DNA from: an uncultured Verrucomicrobiota bacterium
GTDB taxonomy: Bacteria > Verrucomicrobiota > Verrucomicrobiia > Opitutales > Seribacteraceae
DNA: 64,000 bases
Direction of reading: 5' to 3'
Assembly (NCBI GenBank): GCA_902618175.1
Contig: CACMZN010000005.1
Coordinates: 5,371-69,370 of the forward strand
Below are positions 10,609-19,606 of the stretch, in pieces. Below the pieces are notes generated by a model that worked only from the letters and a program-made list of their open reading frames with translations, searched no databases and was not told where the DNA came from. The position numbers and the translations under genes were made by a program. Every line of letters starts with the position of its first letter. Positions within the stretch are counted from its first letter, which is position 1.

Positions 10609-11776
10609 TATAAAGTCTCATATATTTTCGCGAATTTTGCAATGAACTATATATCATTGATTTATTTTGGCACTTCTTCCTGAAATGTCCTTTTGGCATC
10701 ATTTTAAAATATAGTAAGCCATTAATGATTGATGTCACACTATTCGCTGAAGCAATATAACCATCCTTCATATGACTCACTATTTCTGAAGGTCCTGTCC
10801 CTTCTAAGCAAATAACAGGTGTTCCACATGCTAATGATTCTACTACAGTTTTTCCAAATGCTTCCATAGTTGATGTCATTAAAAAGACATTAGACGCTGA
10901 ATAAACAGAACATATCGTATTATCATCAACAAATCCTAAATAAAAGAAGCGTACATGTTTGTTTGAAATCTCACTTTCAATATTTGAGTTTCCAAAACAT
11001 AACACAACTGTATTGAAGTTTATAGCATTTAGTAAATCAATTAATAGTTTACCACCTTTATACTTATCCCTTAGGTTCTGTGCTCCTACGGAAATTACAA
11101 AGTCATTGTCTTTTATAAATGGGAACCTTTGCTTGAAATATTCGTCATGTGAAAATAAATCTAAGTTTATTGAATTCGGTATGTGTAGAACTTCATTATT
11201 TTTTAATACAGAAGAATCTTTTGCTTTAGTTCTTAACCAGTCACTAATAGCAACATAAACTATTTTGGAATCAAATTTTTCTTTTTTGATAGTCTGGTTA
11301 ATGAAGGATACAGGAAGTTTTGAGCCTATTTCTGGACATAGTATGCAATTTTTCTTCCACTTAGCACAGTCGAGGGAATAGAAACAACCCCCGGTAAATG
11401 CCCACATGTCACGAAGTGTCCATACAATCGGTTTGTCGATACAAGAAATATTAGTAATTCCGATTAACCCGTTTATCCAATGCAAATGAATTATATCTGC
11501 CCACTTATAGCATTCATATTTTTTTACATCTAAACCAAAATGATTGGTATGAAAGTTTTTGGATGCGAATAATACATACTTATGAAGACATTTTTCAATT
11601 TTCTTTGAGTAGGTATTTTTTTTCGTTAGTGTAATTACATTCTCATCTGCACCATCATAATCTCCGCATAAGATTTTAGATTTAACACCATTTTTAAGGA
11701 GAGCTTGATGAAGCCAATAAACACCCCTTCCACTACCGCTGTTTAGAGAACCAGCGTTGATGTGTAGGATGTTCAA
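10595..11776 (-). CDS. Glycosyltransferase family 4 (WcaC-like)
   Basis: DIIHLHW, WTLRDMWAFTGGC, EAFGKTVVESLACGTPV. Confidence 0.88.
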   Translation of the reverse strand: MNILHINAGSLNSGSGRGVYWLHQALLKNGVKSKILCGDYDGADENVITLTKKNTYSKKIEKCLHKYVLFASKNFHTNHFGLDVKKYECYKWADIIHLHWINGLIGITNISCIDKPIVWTLRDMWAFTGGCFYSLDCAKWKKNCILCPEIGSKLPVSFINQTIKKEKFDSKIVYVAISDWLRTKAKDSSVLKNNEVLHIPNSINLDLFSHDEYFKQRFPFIKDNDFVISVGAQNLRDKYKGGKLLIDLLNAINFNTVVLCFGNSNIESEISNKHVRFFYLGFVDDNTICSVYSASNVFLMTSTMEAFGKTVVESLACGTPVICLEGTGPSEIVSHMKDGYIASANSVTSIINGLLYFKMMPKGHFRKKCQNKSMIYSSLQNSRKYMRLYNEIM

Positions 11777-11780
11777 GCTT

Positions 11781-12500
11781 TTAGAGTTCTACTTTTATGA
11801 AATCAGGAGTATTTAAGGAGTACTTGAAATTTATGAAATCCAATTCCCAAACTTGACGAACAATGTCTGTTGCATCTTTTGTAAAGGTAACTGAATTGGA
11901 CCTACATGATTTATTCAGGTGATTTAATTTCTTAGGAATAATGGATAGTTTTCTACAAATCTCAACATAATCAGAATCCAATTTTTCAAATTTTCCTATA
12001 AAGTCTACAATTTTTACATTATCAATATCGTGCGTGTAACAGGATTGGAGTAATGTAGAACTAAAATAATTAACTCTTGATGTTCTGAGCCTTTCTTTTA
12101 TGTCCAAAATATGAGTTTTATCAAAAAAATTTCTAGTTGAGTTTTTTTTATAACGAGGATACTTCCTTATGATATGGAACAGAAACCCTGGGTTTCGTCG
12201 AGATTTGGAGAACCAATCTATATAGTTAAGTCTGTATTTGTACAAATAACATGAAATAATCCAATCATAGGGATTTCTTACAAATGAAAATTTATAAAAC
12301 ATATTCCATGTGTTTGTATTGTAGTAAGTTCTAGCAATACTTGGGGGTAAATGCCTTTTGCTAAAAAGACCATTTATACTAAGTGTTTCTAAATCAGAAT
12401 CATGATATGAACCAAAAAGGTTGTCAAGTGTGGTGGATGCTACCTTTCCGTTAGAGAAGCAGATAAAGTTCTTCCTCTTAGATATTACCATTTGTATCAA
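11781..12500 (-). CDS. Sulfotransferase family 2 (carbohydrate sulfotransferase-like)
   Basis: KVASTT (5'-PSB-like), FSFVRNPYDWIISCY (3'-PB), DFIGKFEKL, DFINFKY. Confidence 0.82.
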   Translation of the reverse strand: MIQMVISKRKNFICFSNGKVASTTLDNLFGSYHDSDLETLSINGLFSKRHLPPSIARTYYNTNTWNMFYKFSFVRNPYDWIISCYLYKYRLNYIDWFSKSRRNPGFLFHIIRKYPRYKKNSTRNFFDKTHILDIKERLRTSRVNYFSSTLLQSCYTHDIDNVKIVDFIGKFEKLDSDYVEICRKLSIIPKKLNHLNKSCRSNSVTFTKDATDIVRQVWELDFINFKYSLNTPDFIKVEL

Positions 12501-13209
12501 TGAGATGTATATTATGGGTTCTCATGAGTTTTTTCATTTTCAAAACATCCTGTTTGATTAAATCATGAGGAGTATCGTTTCGTATTGGAATTTCATTTGA
12601 AAAGTATTTCTCACCTGATACTTCTCCAAAGTCGCACCCCCAAAGATAGACTTCATGTGGGGAGAATAACAAAGCTAGTTCCAACGCTCCCACAAGGGAG
12701 CCAAATCCTCTGGCAGTGTACCTGTTTTCAATTGGTGAAATACTGTCTAATGATGTCTTTTGAGTTATTAGTCCAAAGAAGAAATCGAATTTCAATTTCG
12801 GTAAATAAATATATCTAAATGTACTTAATAAACAAATGTCTAATTGGGCCAATCGGCCAGCAATTAAAACTGAATTAAAGGAGGAAAATAAATCGCTATT
12901 CCTCTTCAAAACTTCTTTCGCTCTAATTGAGTCAGCTGAAAATATTATTGAATCATTTACACTTGATCCTCCCTTTTTTATACAATCAGAAGCATGGTTG
13001 ACGAAGATATTTAAACCTTCGTTCATACCAATTTCAAATTTTACTGCTGAAGGACCCGGACACACGATATTAATCCTTTTGCAGATTCCAAAATACTTTA
13101 ATAGGGAAGCATTGTTATTTCTATAAAAGTAAATAATACGAAGTATGAAGTAAAAAAACAAAGATAAAACATAATTTCGGGATATTTTGTAGATATTTTT
13201 AATGTACAT
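12478..13209 (-). CDS. DUF115/Maf/sialyltransferase-like Rossmann protein, candidate CMP-ulosonate transferase
   Basis: IVCPGPSA, FVN, VYLWGCDF motifs; start placed at ATG 13209 (the longer ORF-track start overlaps the upstream gene). Confidence 0.6.
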   Translation of the reverse strand: MYIKNIYKISRNYVLSLFFYFILRIIYFYRNNNASLLKYFGICKRINIVCPGPSAVKFEIGMNEGLNIFVNHASDCIKKGGSSVNDSIIFSADSIRAKEVLKRNSDLFSSFNSVLIAGRLAQLDICLLSTFRYIYLPKLKFDFFFGLITQKTSLDSISPIENRYTARGFGSLVGALELALLFSPHEVYLWGCDFGEVSGEKYFSNEIPIRNDTPHDLIKQDVLKMKKLMRTHNIHLIDTNGNI

Positions 13210-14125
13210 TTTTATCCAAGCCCCAACTAACAAAATTTGCAAATCCGTCTTTAAATTCAATGTATGGCTGCCAATTAAGTAAACTGACAGCTTTAGTAAT
13301 ATTAGCAAAAACTCCCTCCATATCACCGGGAGTTTTGTCGACATATTTTATTGGAAACTCCTTGCCATATATATCTTTTAACATATCTAAAACATCTTGA
13401 ATCATCCACGATCGACCAGTACCTATGTTGAAACAAGAATATCCATTTTCATCATATGAAACAATTCTTTTAAAGGCATTTACTACATCTTTCACATGAA
13501 TAAAGTCTCGAAACCTATTCGGTGATCCTTTTACAACTATCTTGCCAGATTTTATCAACTGAGATAAATAAATACTAAGCATTCCCTGTTTCATATTTTC
13601 AAGATTTTGGCCTGGTCCATACACATTAAAAAGCCTAAGGGATGTAGTCTGCAATCCGTAGGATGCATAAAGTTTCAAATAATTCTCACTTGCAATTTTG
13701 CCAATTGCATAAAATGACTTTGGATTTAGCTCTGATTGTTCAGAAACAGCATCAGTATGTCCATCACCGTAGACTGACATTGTTGAAGCAAATACAAACT
13801 TTCTGCACCTATGTTTTAAGGCATAATCAAGAAGCATAAGGGTTGATTGCGTATTGGTTTGTAAATCATAAATGGGGTCTTCAAAACTAATTTCCCCGGA
13901 ACTTTGCCCTGCTATATGCATAATGATATCAAATTCTTTATCTTCAAGCTTTTCAATTGTTATACTGCTTTGGCAATCTCCTTCTATGAAAATAGTATTA
14001 GTTGGGAGATTACTAATACTTCCCGTAGTACAATTATCAATTGTCGTTATTTCAGCGAAATCACTTAAAGAATTAGCAACTTTTGAACCTATAAAACCGC
14101 AAGCACCAGTAACTAAAATATTCAT
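13199..14125 (-). CDS. NAD-dependent epimerase/dehydratase (extended SDR)
   Basis: TGACGFIG, ASTMSVYG, YAIGK, RLFNVYGP, RDFIHV. Confidence 0.9.
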   Translation of the reverse strand: MNILVTGACGFIGSKVANSLSDFAEITTIDNCTTGSISNLPTNTIFIEGDCQSSITIEKLEDKEFDIIMHIAGQSSGEISFEDPIYDLQTNTQSTLMLLDYALKHRCRKFVFASTMSVYGDGHTDAVSEQSELNPKSFYAIGKIASENYLKLYASYGLQTTSLRLFNVYGPGQNLENMKQGMLSIYLSQLIKSGKIVVKGSPNRFRDFIHVKDVVNAFKRIVSYDENGYSCFNIGTGRSWMIQDVLDMLKDIYGKEFPIKYVDKTPGDMEGVFANITKAVSLLNWQPYIEFKDGFANFVSWGLDKNVH

Positions 14126-14132
14126 TACTTAA

Positions 14133-16484
14133 TTAACGAATTTTTTTTGATAAAAATTTGATTGCCCTCGACAAATCATCCTTGGTATCGATCGAAATTG
14201 GTGAATCCGAAACTTGTAACATCTTCACTTTGTGACCATTATCAAGGAATCTTAGAATTTCAATGTCCTCAATCTCTTCATTTTGAGATTTTTTCTTAAG
14301 TTTGCCAAAGCTCAGAAGTTTATCTCTTGGGATAGAATAAATACACACCTGCCTGTTTCCTTGCACAAACATCTTTGATTTATTAGATGGAATTGGTGCA
14401 CGACTTATATACATCAATGTTTGATCATTTGCTAGCACAACTTTAGGTACATTCGGTGAAATAAAATCCTCTGCACTATTGATTGGACACATAGCATTAA
14501 AAATACTGTTAGGATCTCTCTCAGATGCATTAATAATTTTAAGAATATCCTTTGGTTCAACCAGTGGTTCATCGCCTTGTACATTAACATAAAACTTTCT
14601 TTTTACCTTAGTTGCCACTTCAGCTAACCTATCGGTACCGGTTTTACAATCAGCACTGGTCATGATGACATTGATATCATTATCTAAGCAATGGTTCTTA
14701 ATCCTTTCATCATCGGTAGCTACAATTACCAATTTTTCACCTACGGCTTGCACGCACTTATCCCATACATGCTTGATTAAAGATTTACCACATAGGTCAA
14801 CCAATGGTTTACCAGGAAATCGGCTGGATTGATATCTAGCAGGAATAACAACCAAAAAGTCATTCACACTAATCCTAGGTGCATAAATTGAACCTTTTCT
14901 AATTGGAAAAGTAGAATGTGTTAATGATTTCAATGGCAAAGCCTCTGGCAAGGATTGATATTTCAAAAAGGCATCCAAAACTTCTTGTTGTCTTGGATCA
15001 TTAGACTCGTAACCGTCAAAACCAACTAAATTAAGATCCACGGCTCCTGATTTTGTAAGAACGCATAGAGCGTATGATAATGCCAAGGGAGATGGGATTG
15101 TGCAACTATTTTCCCTTATAATGAAATTATTGTCAGCAACATTTAATCCATAGTCTAAGATTTCAATTTTCTTAATATCTTGATTAGCCTCAAAATTTAG
15201 CAATTTTTGTGGCATAACGACAGGGCAATTAAGAGATTCGTATTCTTCAAAATCAAGCAACATCCTTTGAGGGTGAGAAACAATAATTGCATTAACAAAT
15301 TGAGAAGATAAGTTACGATTTATATTCAAACAAATCACGAAGGGCTCGTATTTTTTGATATAAGATACGATAGCACTAATGTTAGAATTGATTGATTCAC
15401 CACTGCCAATAAGTAGAACGCTTTTATTTGTAAGCCATCCTGATGCACTCCAAGTCCCGGTTCCATTATAATCAAGGTTTGCGTATGTGGATTCTCGAAG
15501 GTTTTGTTCAGTAAATGAACTTGCAGACGATTTTGATATTGAATCTAAAATGGAAAATAAATCAGAATCCTCATATCTTCTATCATTCAAAAGCGATTGG
15601 ACATATGTCGGATGTATCCCCTTATTGGCTGCAAAATGATAATATTCATTAGGTCCCCATTTGTACTGAGCCAAAAGTTCTCTAAAATTTGCTAGAGTTG
15701 ATTGCAGTTCCTTTGGTTTAGCACTAAGAACGCCTGAATTACTCAATTCGATTAGAAGAGACTCGGTTGGAACATTACCAGCACCTCTTCCCATACCTAG
15801 TATAGTTGAATCTAACCAACACACATTTGAATGCAGAGCAGAGAGTGTATTGGCTAAAGCCATACCTTTATTGTTATGAGAATGAAATCCAAGCTCACTT
15901 TTCCACCTGGATTTCAAACTTAATGCAATAGAAGAGATCTCATCAGGTTTCATAGAACCCAGTGAGTCGGCAAAGTAAAGAGCACGAACTAAATTCCATT
16001 TTGATATTTCAGCAGCAGTATTTTGATACTCCTTCTTTGTTTTTCCATTAGTTTGCATCAAGTTAAGAATTACATCGTAACCCAGACCTCGGAGAATATC
16101 GATGAGGTTAAAACACTTGCGGTAGTGATAGAAATTGACGGCAACACGGATCACAGATATTCTAGAACTATTTCGATGAGTAAATAAATGATTCAATAAG
16201 GTACTTAAATCTGTGGAATGATCAAAAAAATCAGATGCGTTGATCATGACAGCATACTCTAAACCATCGGGAAGATTTAACGTATGAATTAACTCATCAG
16301 TGGTGTAATAAAATGGTCCTCTAAAGTAATCATCAGGAAGAGATCTAAAACCAAGCTCAACGAAAGAAACTCCAGACTTTTCACAACACATTAGATAATC
16401 ATTCACTAAATCAATTGCAAAATTCCAGTTATTATAATAACCCCCGTCACGAAGAGTACAATCGAGTAATTTAGGACTGTTCAT
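14133..16484 (-). CDS. Fusion: DRE-TIM (4-hydroxy-2-oxovalerate aldolase-like) aldolase + DUF115-like Rossmann domain + KdsB-like CMP-ulosonate cytidylyltransferase
   Basis: N-term LLDCTLRDGGY, ADSLG, GFHSHNN, GMGRGAGN; middle VLLIGSGES...GFDGY; C-term VVIPARYQSSRFPGKPL, ATDD, TGTDR, VNVQGDEP, EDIEILRFL. Confidence 0.88.
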   Translation of the reverse strand: MNSPKLLDCTLRDGGYYNNWNFAIDLVNDYLMCCEKSGVSFVELGFRSLPDDYFRGPFYYTTDELIHTLNLPDGLEYAVMINASDFFDHSTDLSTLLNHLFTHRNSSRISVIRVAVNFYHYRKCFNLIDILRGLGYDVILNLMQTNGKTKKEYQNTAAEISKWNLVRALYFADSLGSMKPDEISSIALSLKSRWKSELGFHSHNNKGMALANTLSALHSNVCWLDSTILGMGRGAGNVPTESLLIELSNSGVLSAKPKELQSTLANFRELLAQYKWGPNEYYHFAANKGIHPTYVQSLLNDRRYEDSDLFSILDSISKSSASSFTEQNLRESTYANLDYNGTGTWSASGWLTNKSVLLIGSGESINSNISAIVSYIKKYEPFVICLNINRNLSSQFVNAIIVSHPQRMLLDFEEYESLNCPVVMPQKLLNFEANQDIKKIEILDYGLNVADNNFIIRENSCTIPSPLALSYALCVLTKSGAVDLNLVGFDGYESNDPRQQEVLDAFLKYQSLPEALPLKSLTHSTFPIRKGSIYAPRISVNDFLVVIPARYQSSRFPGKPLVDLCGKSLIKHVWDKCVQAVGEKLVIVATDDERIKNHCLDNDINVIMTSADCKTGTDRLAEVATKVKRKFYVNVQGDEPLVEPKDILKIINASERDPNSIFNAMCPINSAEDFISPNVPKVVLANDQTLMYISRAPIPSNKSKMFVQGNRQVCIYSIPRDKLLSFGKLKKKSQNEEIEDIEILRFLDNGHKVKMLQVSDSPISIDTKDDLSRAIKFLSKKIR

Positions 16485-17059
16485 GAAGGGTAGTTTGTTA
16501 TAGGTAGCTGCAGAAAAGGAATACCAATTTTTGATGAATATATGCCATCTGTGGTAGGACTATCGCCGACATATAAAGTATCATAATTATTTAAATTGTG
16601 ATGCTTTACAAGATAATCCCAGGATACTGTGGATGGCTTAGGTGAGCATAAGGTGTCCACTCCAATTATTTGAGTAAAATTTTCCAACACTTTGAATGAA
16701 GAAAGTCCAGAAGTAACAGTCTCGCATAAATTATTACTTACTATAAACAAGTTACTATCAATATTTCTAATACTATTAACAAGAATTTGGTGAGGTAAAT
16801 GCTTACCCAAATACTGAAATTCGAGACGCCTTCTAAATTTTAGAATTTCAGAGCTTCTATTTGGATATAAATTGAAAAGTTGTAATTCCATTTCATCAAT
16901 CCTTGAGCCATTAAAGCTAATTTGGAAATTTTTTTTACAAAAGCAAATAAAATTTTTCCTTTCTAACTGCCAATTGATAGGAATTTGTGCAAGAGTATTA
17001 TCGTAATCAAAAATAACATTTCTAAAGGAGTTAAAAAACTGATTGAGTTTTAAATGCAT
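16481..17059 (-). CDS. HAD-superfamily phosphatase
   Basis: IFDYDNTL (DxDxT), VSNN, PKP, VGDSPTTDG. Confidence 0.85.
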   Translation of the reverse strand: MHLKLNQFFNSFRNVIFDYDNTLAQIPINWQLERKNFICFCKKNFQISFNGSRIDEMELQLFNLYPNRSSEILKFRRRLEFQYLGKHLPHQILVNSIRNIDSNLFIVSNNLCETVTSGLSSFKVLENFTQIIGVDTLCSPKPSTVSWDYLVKHHNLNNYDTLYVGDSPTTDGIYSSKIGIPFLQLPITNYPS

Positions 17060-18675
17060 ATTATATTATTAAATAGTTTTAAATTAATTTCAGTGTGGCA
17101 AACAACTATAAATGTGGTGTCACAATATTCACTAAATATAGTATCGAAAATTTCATTCTGACTATTGAAATCTATAGCGTTAGTAGACTCATCAAGAATA
17201 ATTATTGAAGGTCTTTGATATAATGCTCTAGCAAGAAGTATACGCTGTCTTTGTCCACCTGAAAGATTAAGAGCTTTGTCTGAAAGCTTTGTATGTACCC
17301 CATCTCTAAGATTAAGTACAATTTTATCAAGCTGTGTATCAATAAGACATTTAGAAAAGGCTTCTTTGTTATAATCATTACTTGTTGTAAGTGTAACATT
17401 CTCTATAATCGAGGCAGAAAATAAAAATGATTCCTGAGGCAAATAATAAAAGTTTAAATTTCCATTTTCTTCATAATTGTTAAAGGTTATTGATCCTGAC
17501 TTTGGTTCAAGATGTCCTAAGACCAGGTTGATCAGTGTGGATTTACCACTTCCCGATTCACCTTTAAATAGGACTCTATCCTTTTTATTAATAGTAAACG
17601 ATAAGTCTTTAATAATCTCTGAATCATCAGTGTAAGAAAAACATACTTTGTTAAAATGCAATTTTTGAAAAGGTACGGAAGGTGTTTCATTGTTTGTGAA
17701 AGAAAAAGTATTCTTATATTTTGATTCCAACCTAAAGATAAGAGGAAGATTTGTCCTGTAATTATTAAAAAAAGAAAGAATGGTAGTGAAAATTGGTATT
17801 GATCTAATACCACAGATACCAAACAGACTAATTACATACATAGAATTGTCTAAATCTTCTATAGTTATAACTATAAAAACAAACAGTGTAACAAAAACCA
17901 GTTCTATTATCACTTTTGGCATTTTACTAATAGTATTATAAGAGACATATGCAGATTTCCATGGTTGCGACAAGTTTACAAATTTCTTAATAAAGTATGA
18001 GCGATTGCCAGAAACACTAAACTCCTTAAAACTTTCAAAACTTAGCTTTACAAAATAAGCCATATCTAAATTAATATCTCTCATTTTCATTCCTAGATTA
18101 AATAGTTTGATTCGAAATATAAATATGTACACCAAACATAAAATTATAAATGAAATAGAAGATATTAAAAAAATCCTTATGTCTACAAATGCTAATAATA
18201 TAACAATGGAAAAAAGTATAATTGCTTCAGGAACAATACGAATAAAAGGAAGAATAAAGTTATTAACCACCTTTGGGATAAAGGAGGTAATGTCAGAAAT
18301 TACTTCAGAGTTATCAAGTTTAATCCAGTCACGATACTTAATAGATGAATAGCTTGTAAGGAGTAATTGTCTTGCATATAAATCCAATTTCGAAACAAAC
18401 TTATTAATCTCAATATTAATCCAGACAAACAAAAAAAATTTTATGACAAATAGTACCAATATGAATAGTCCGTGTTTTTTTGCAAAATTGTCATGTTCAA
18501 AATTAAAATAGCTGCTAATTAAAAAATTTGATTTTTCTGAACTAGAATTACCGAAAGACGAAATAAAAAACCCTAACTCAGATAATGTTGTAATTTCTAA
18601 AAAAGCCAATATTAACGATAGAAATAACACGGTTAAAAATTCAACTTTGAATTTTTTTAATATTTTTTTTACCAT
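17050..18675 (-). CDS. ABC half-transporter (TMD+NBD), PglK/Wzk-like glycolipid flippase
   Basis: N-terminal TM domain; GESGSGKS, LSGGQRQR, ILDESTNAID, VVCH. Confidence 0.88.
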   Translation of the reverse strand: MVKKILKKFKVEFLTVLFLSLILAFLEITTLSELGFFISSFGNSSSEKSNFLISSYFNFEHDNFAKKHGLFILVLFVIKFFLFVWINIEINKFVSKLDLYARQLLLTSYSSIKYRDWIKLDNSEVISDITSFIPKVVNNFILPFIRIVPEAIILFSIVILLAFVDIRIFLISSISFIILCLVYIFIFRIKLFNLGMKMRDINLDMAYFVKLSFESFKEFSVSGNRSYFIKKFVNLSQPWKSAYVSYNTISKMPKVIIELVFVTLFVFIVITIEDLDNSMYVISLFGICGIRSIPIFTTILSFFNNYRTNLPLIFRLESKYKNTFSFTNNETPSVPFQKLHFNKVCFSYTDDSEIIKDLSFTINKKDRVLFKGESGSGKSTLINLVLGHLEPKSGSITFNNYEENGNLNFYYLPQESFLFSASIIENVTLTTSNDYNKEAFSKCLIDTQLDKIVLNLRDGVHTKLSDKALNLSGGQRQRILLARALYQRPSIIILDESTNAIDFNSQNEIFDTIFSEYCDTTFIVVCHTEINLKLFNNIICI

Positions 18676-18687
18676 TAATCAGACATT

Positions 18688-19596
18688 TTATTTAAAAAAA
18701 TAATAGATCAGGAAATAATATCTTTTGTTAAAAATTAAGAGAGGTTTTTTAAAGAAGAACTTCAAAAGTGAAAGCTTTAGACAACTATCTTTTTTACAGC
18801 CCGAAATAAATAAGGCAGCTATTAAATAAGGATTAATCAAATTATTGAAGTTTACAAGACTATCATAGACTAATGAAAACTCTCTATCTGTACTATTATT
18901 TCTAAATACAATTATTGCGTTAGATATTGAACTAATTACCAGATTCCGATTATCCAGTAATGCTGTACTTGCAAAGTTTCTTTTTACATAGATGCGATCA
19001 GTCATTTCAAACTCGAATCCCTTTACACATAGCATCCACATTGTTGACATATCAGAGGGCGTCATAATGTCTTGCATTTCTAGGAAACCTCCCAAGTTTA
19101 AAAACTCCTCTCTTGAATAACAGGTACCTGAAGCGGTAAGGCCCCCTAATCGAAAAACATCTATAGATTTAATTCCAGATGCAACCTGGTTCAAGTTAAA
19201 ACCCCCATTTTGCCAGTTATTCAAAAAGTCACGAAAAAAAGATCTTCCCCAAACGACATACTTTTTGGGAAAACCACGTTGTTTTAACACTATCAAGAAC
19301 TTATCTAATGCATGATAATCAAGACAATCATCGGCATGACAAAAAACTACATACTCTCCCATTGATTCTTTAAGGCATACATTATGATTATCGAATTGTG
19401 ACAACGTTGATGAGTTGACAACAACCCTTACTTTCTTTTCATACTGCTTTGTAATATAATTTGTATTGTCCGTTGAAGCATTATCAACGATAAGAGTTTC
19501 GTATTGATCTTTGTATGATTGATTAACGCAACTATCAATGGCAGCAGCTAATGAATTTCCGCTATTATAAGTAGGGATTGCTATAGTAAATAACAT
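18688..19596 (-). CDS. Glycosyltransferase family 2
   Basis: FTIAIPTYN, IVDNASTD, HADD; start placed at ATG 19596. Confidence 0.88.
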   Translation of the reverse strand: MLFTIAIPTYNSGNSLAAAIDSCVNQSYKDQYETLIVDNASTDNTNYITKQYEKKVRVVVNSSTLSQFDNHNVCLKESMGEYVVFCHADDCLDYHALDKFLIVLKQRGFPKKYVVWGRSFFRDFLNNWQNGGFNLNQVASGIKSIDVFRLGGLTASGTCYSREEFLNLGGFLEMQDIMTPSDMSTMWMLCVKGFEFEMTDRIYVKRNFASTALLDNRNLVISSISNAIIVFRNNSTDREFSLVYDSLVNFNNLINPYLIAALFISGCKKDSCLKLSLLKFFFKKPLLIFNKRYYFLIYYFFK

Positions 19597-19606
19597 CTCA
19601 CTTTTT

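Noticed and set aside
13210-13344. Long 5' extensions in the ORF track (also 31715-31804, 52777-53052, 57424-57549, 20870-20941)
   Set aside because: They overlap upstream genes; downstream ATGs at stop/start junctions fit better
8400-18670. A/T homopolymer runs of 8-9 nt as phase-variation tracts
   Set aside because: Expected by chance in very AT-rich DNA; genes are in frame and no long G/C tracts are present
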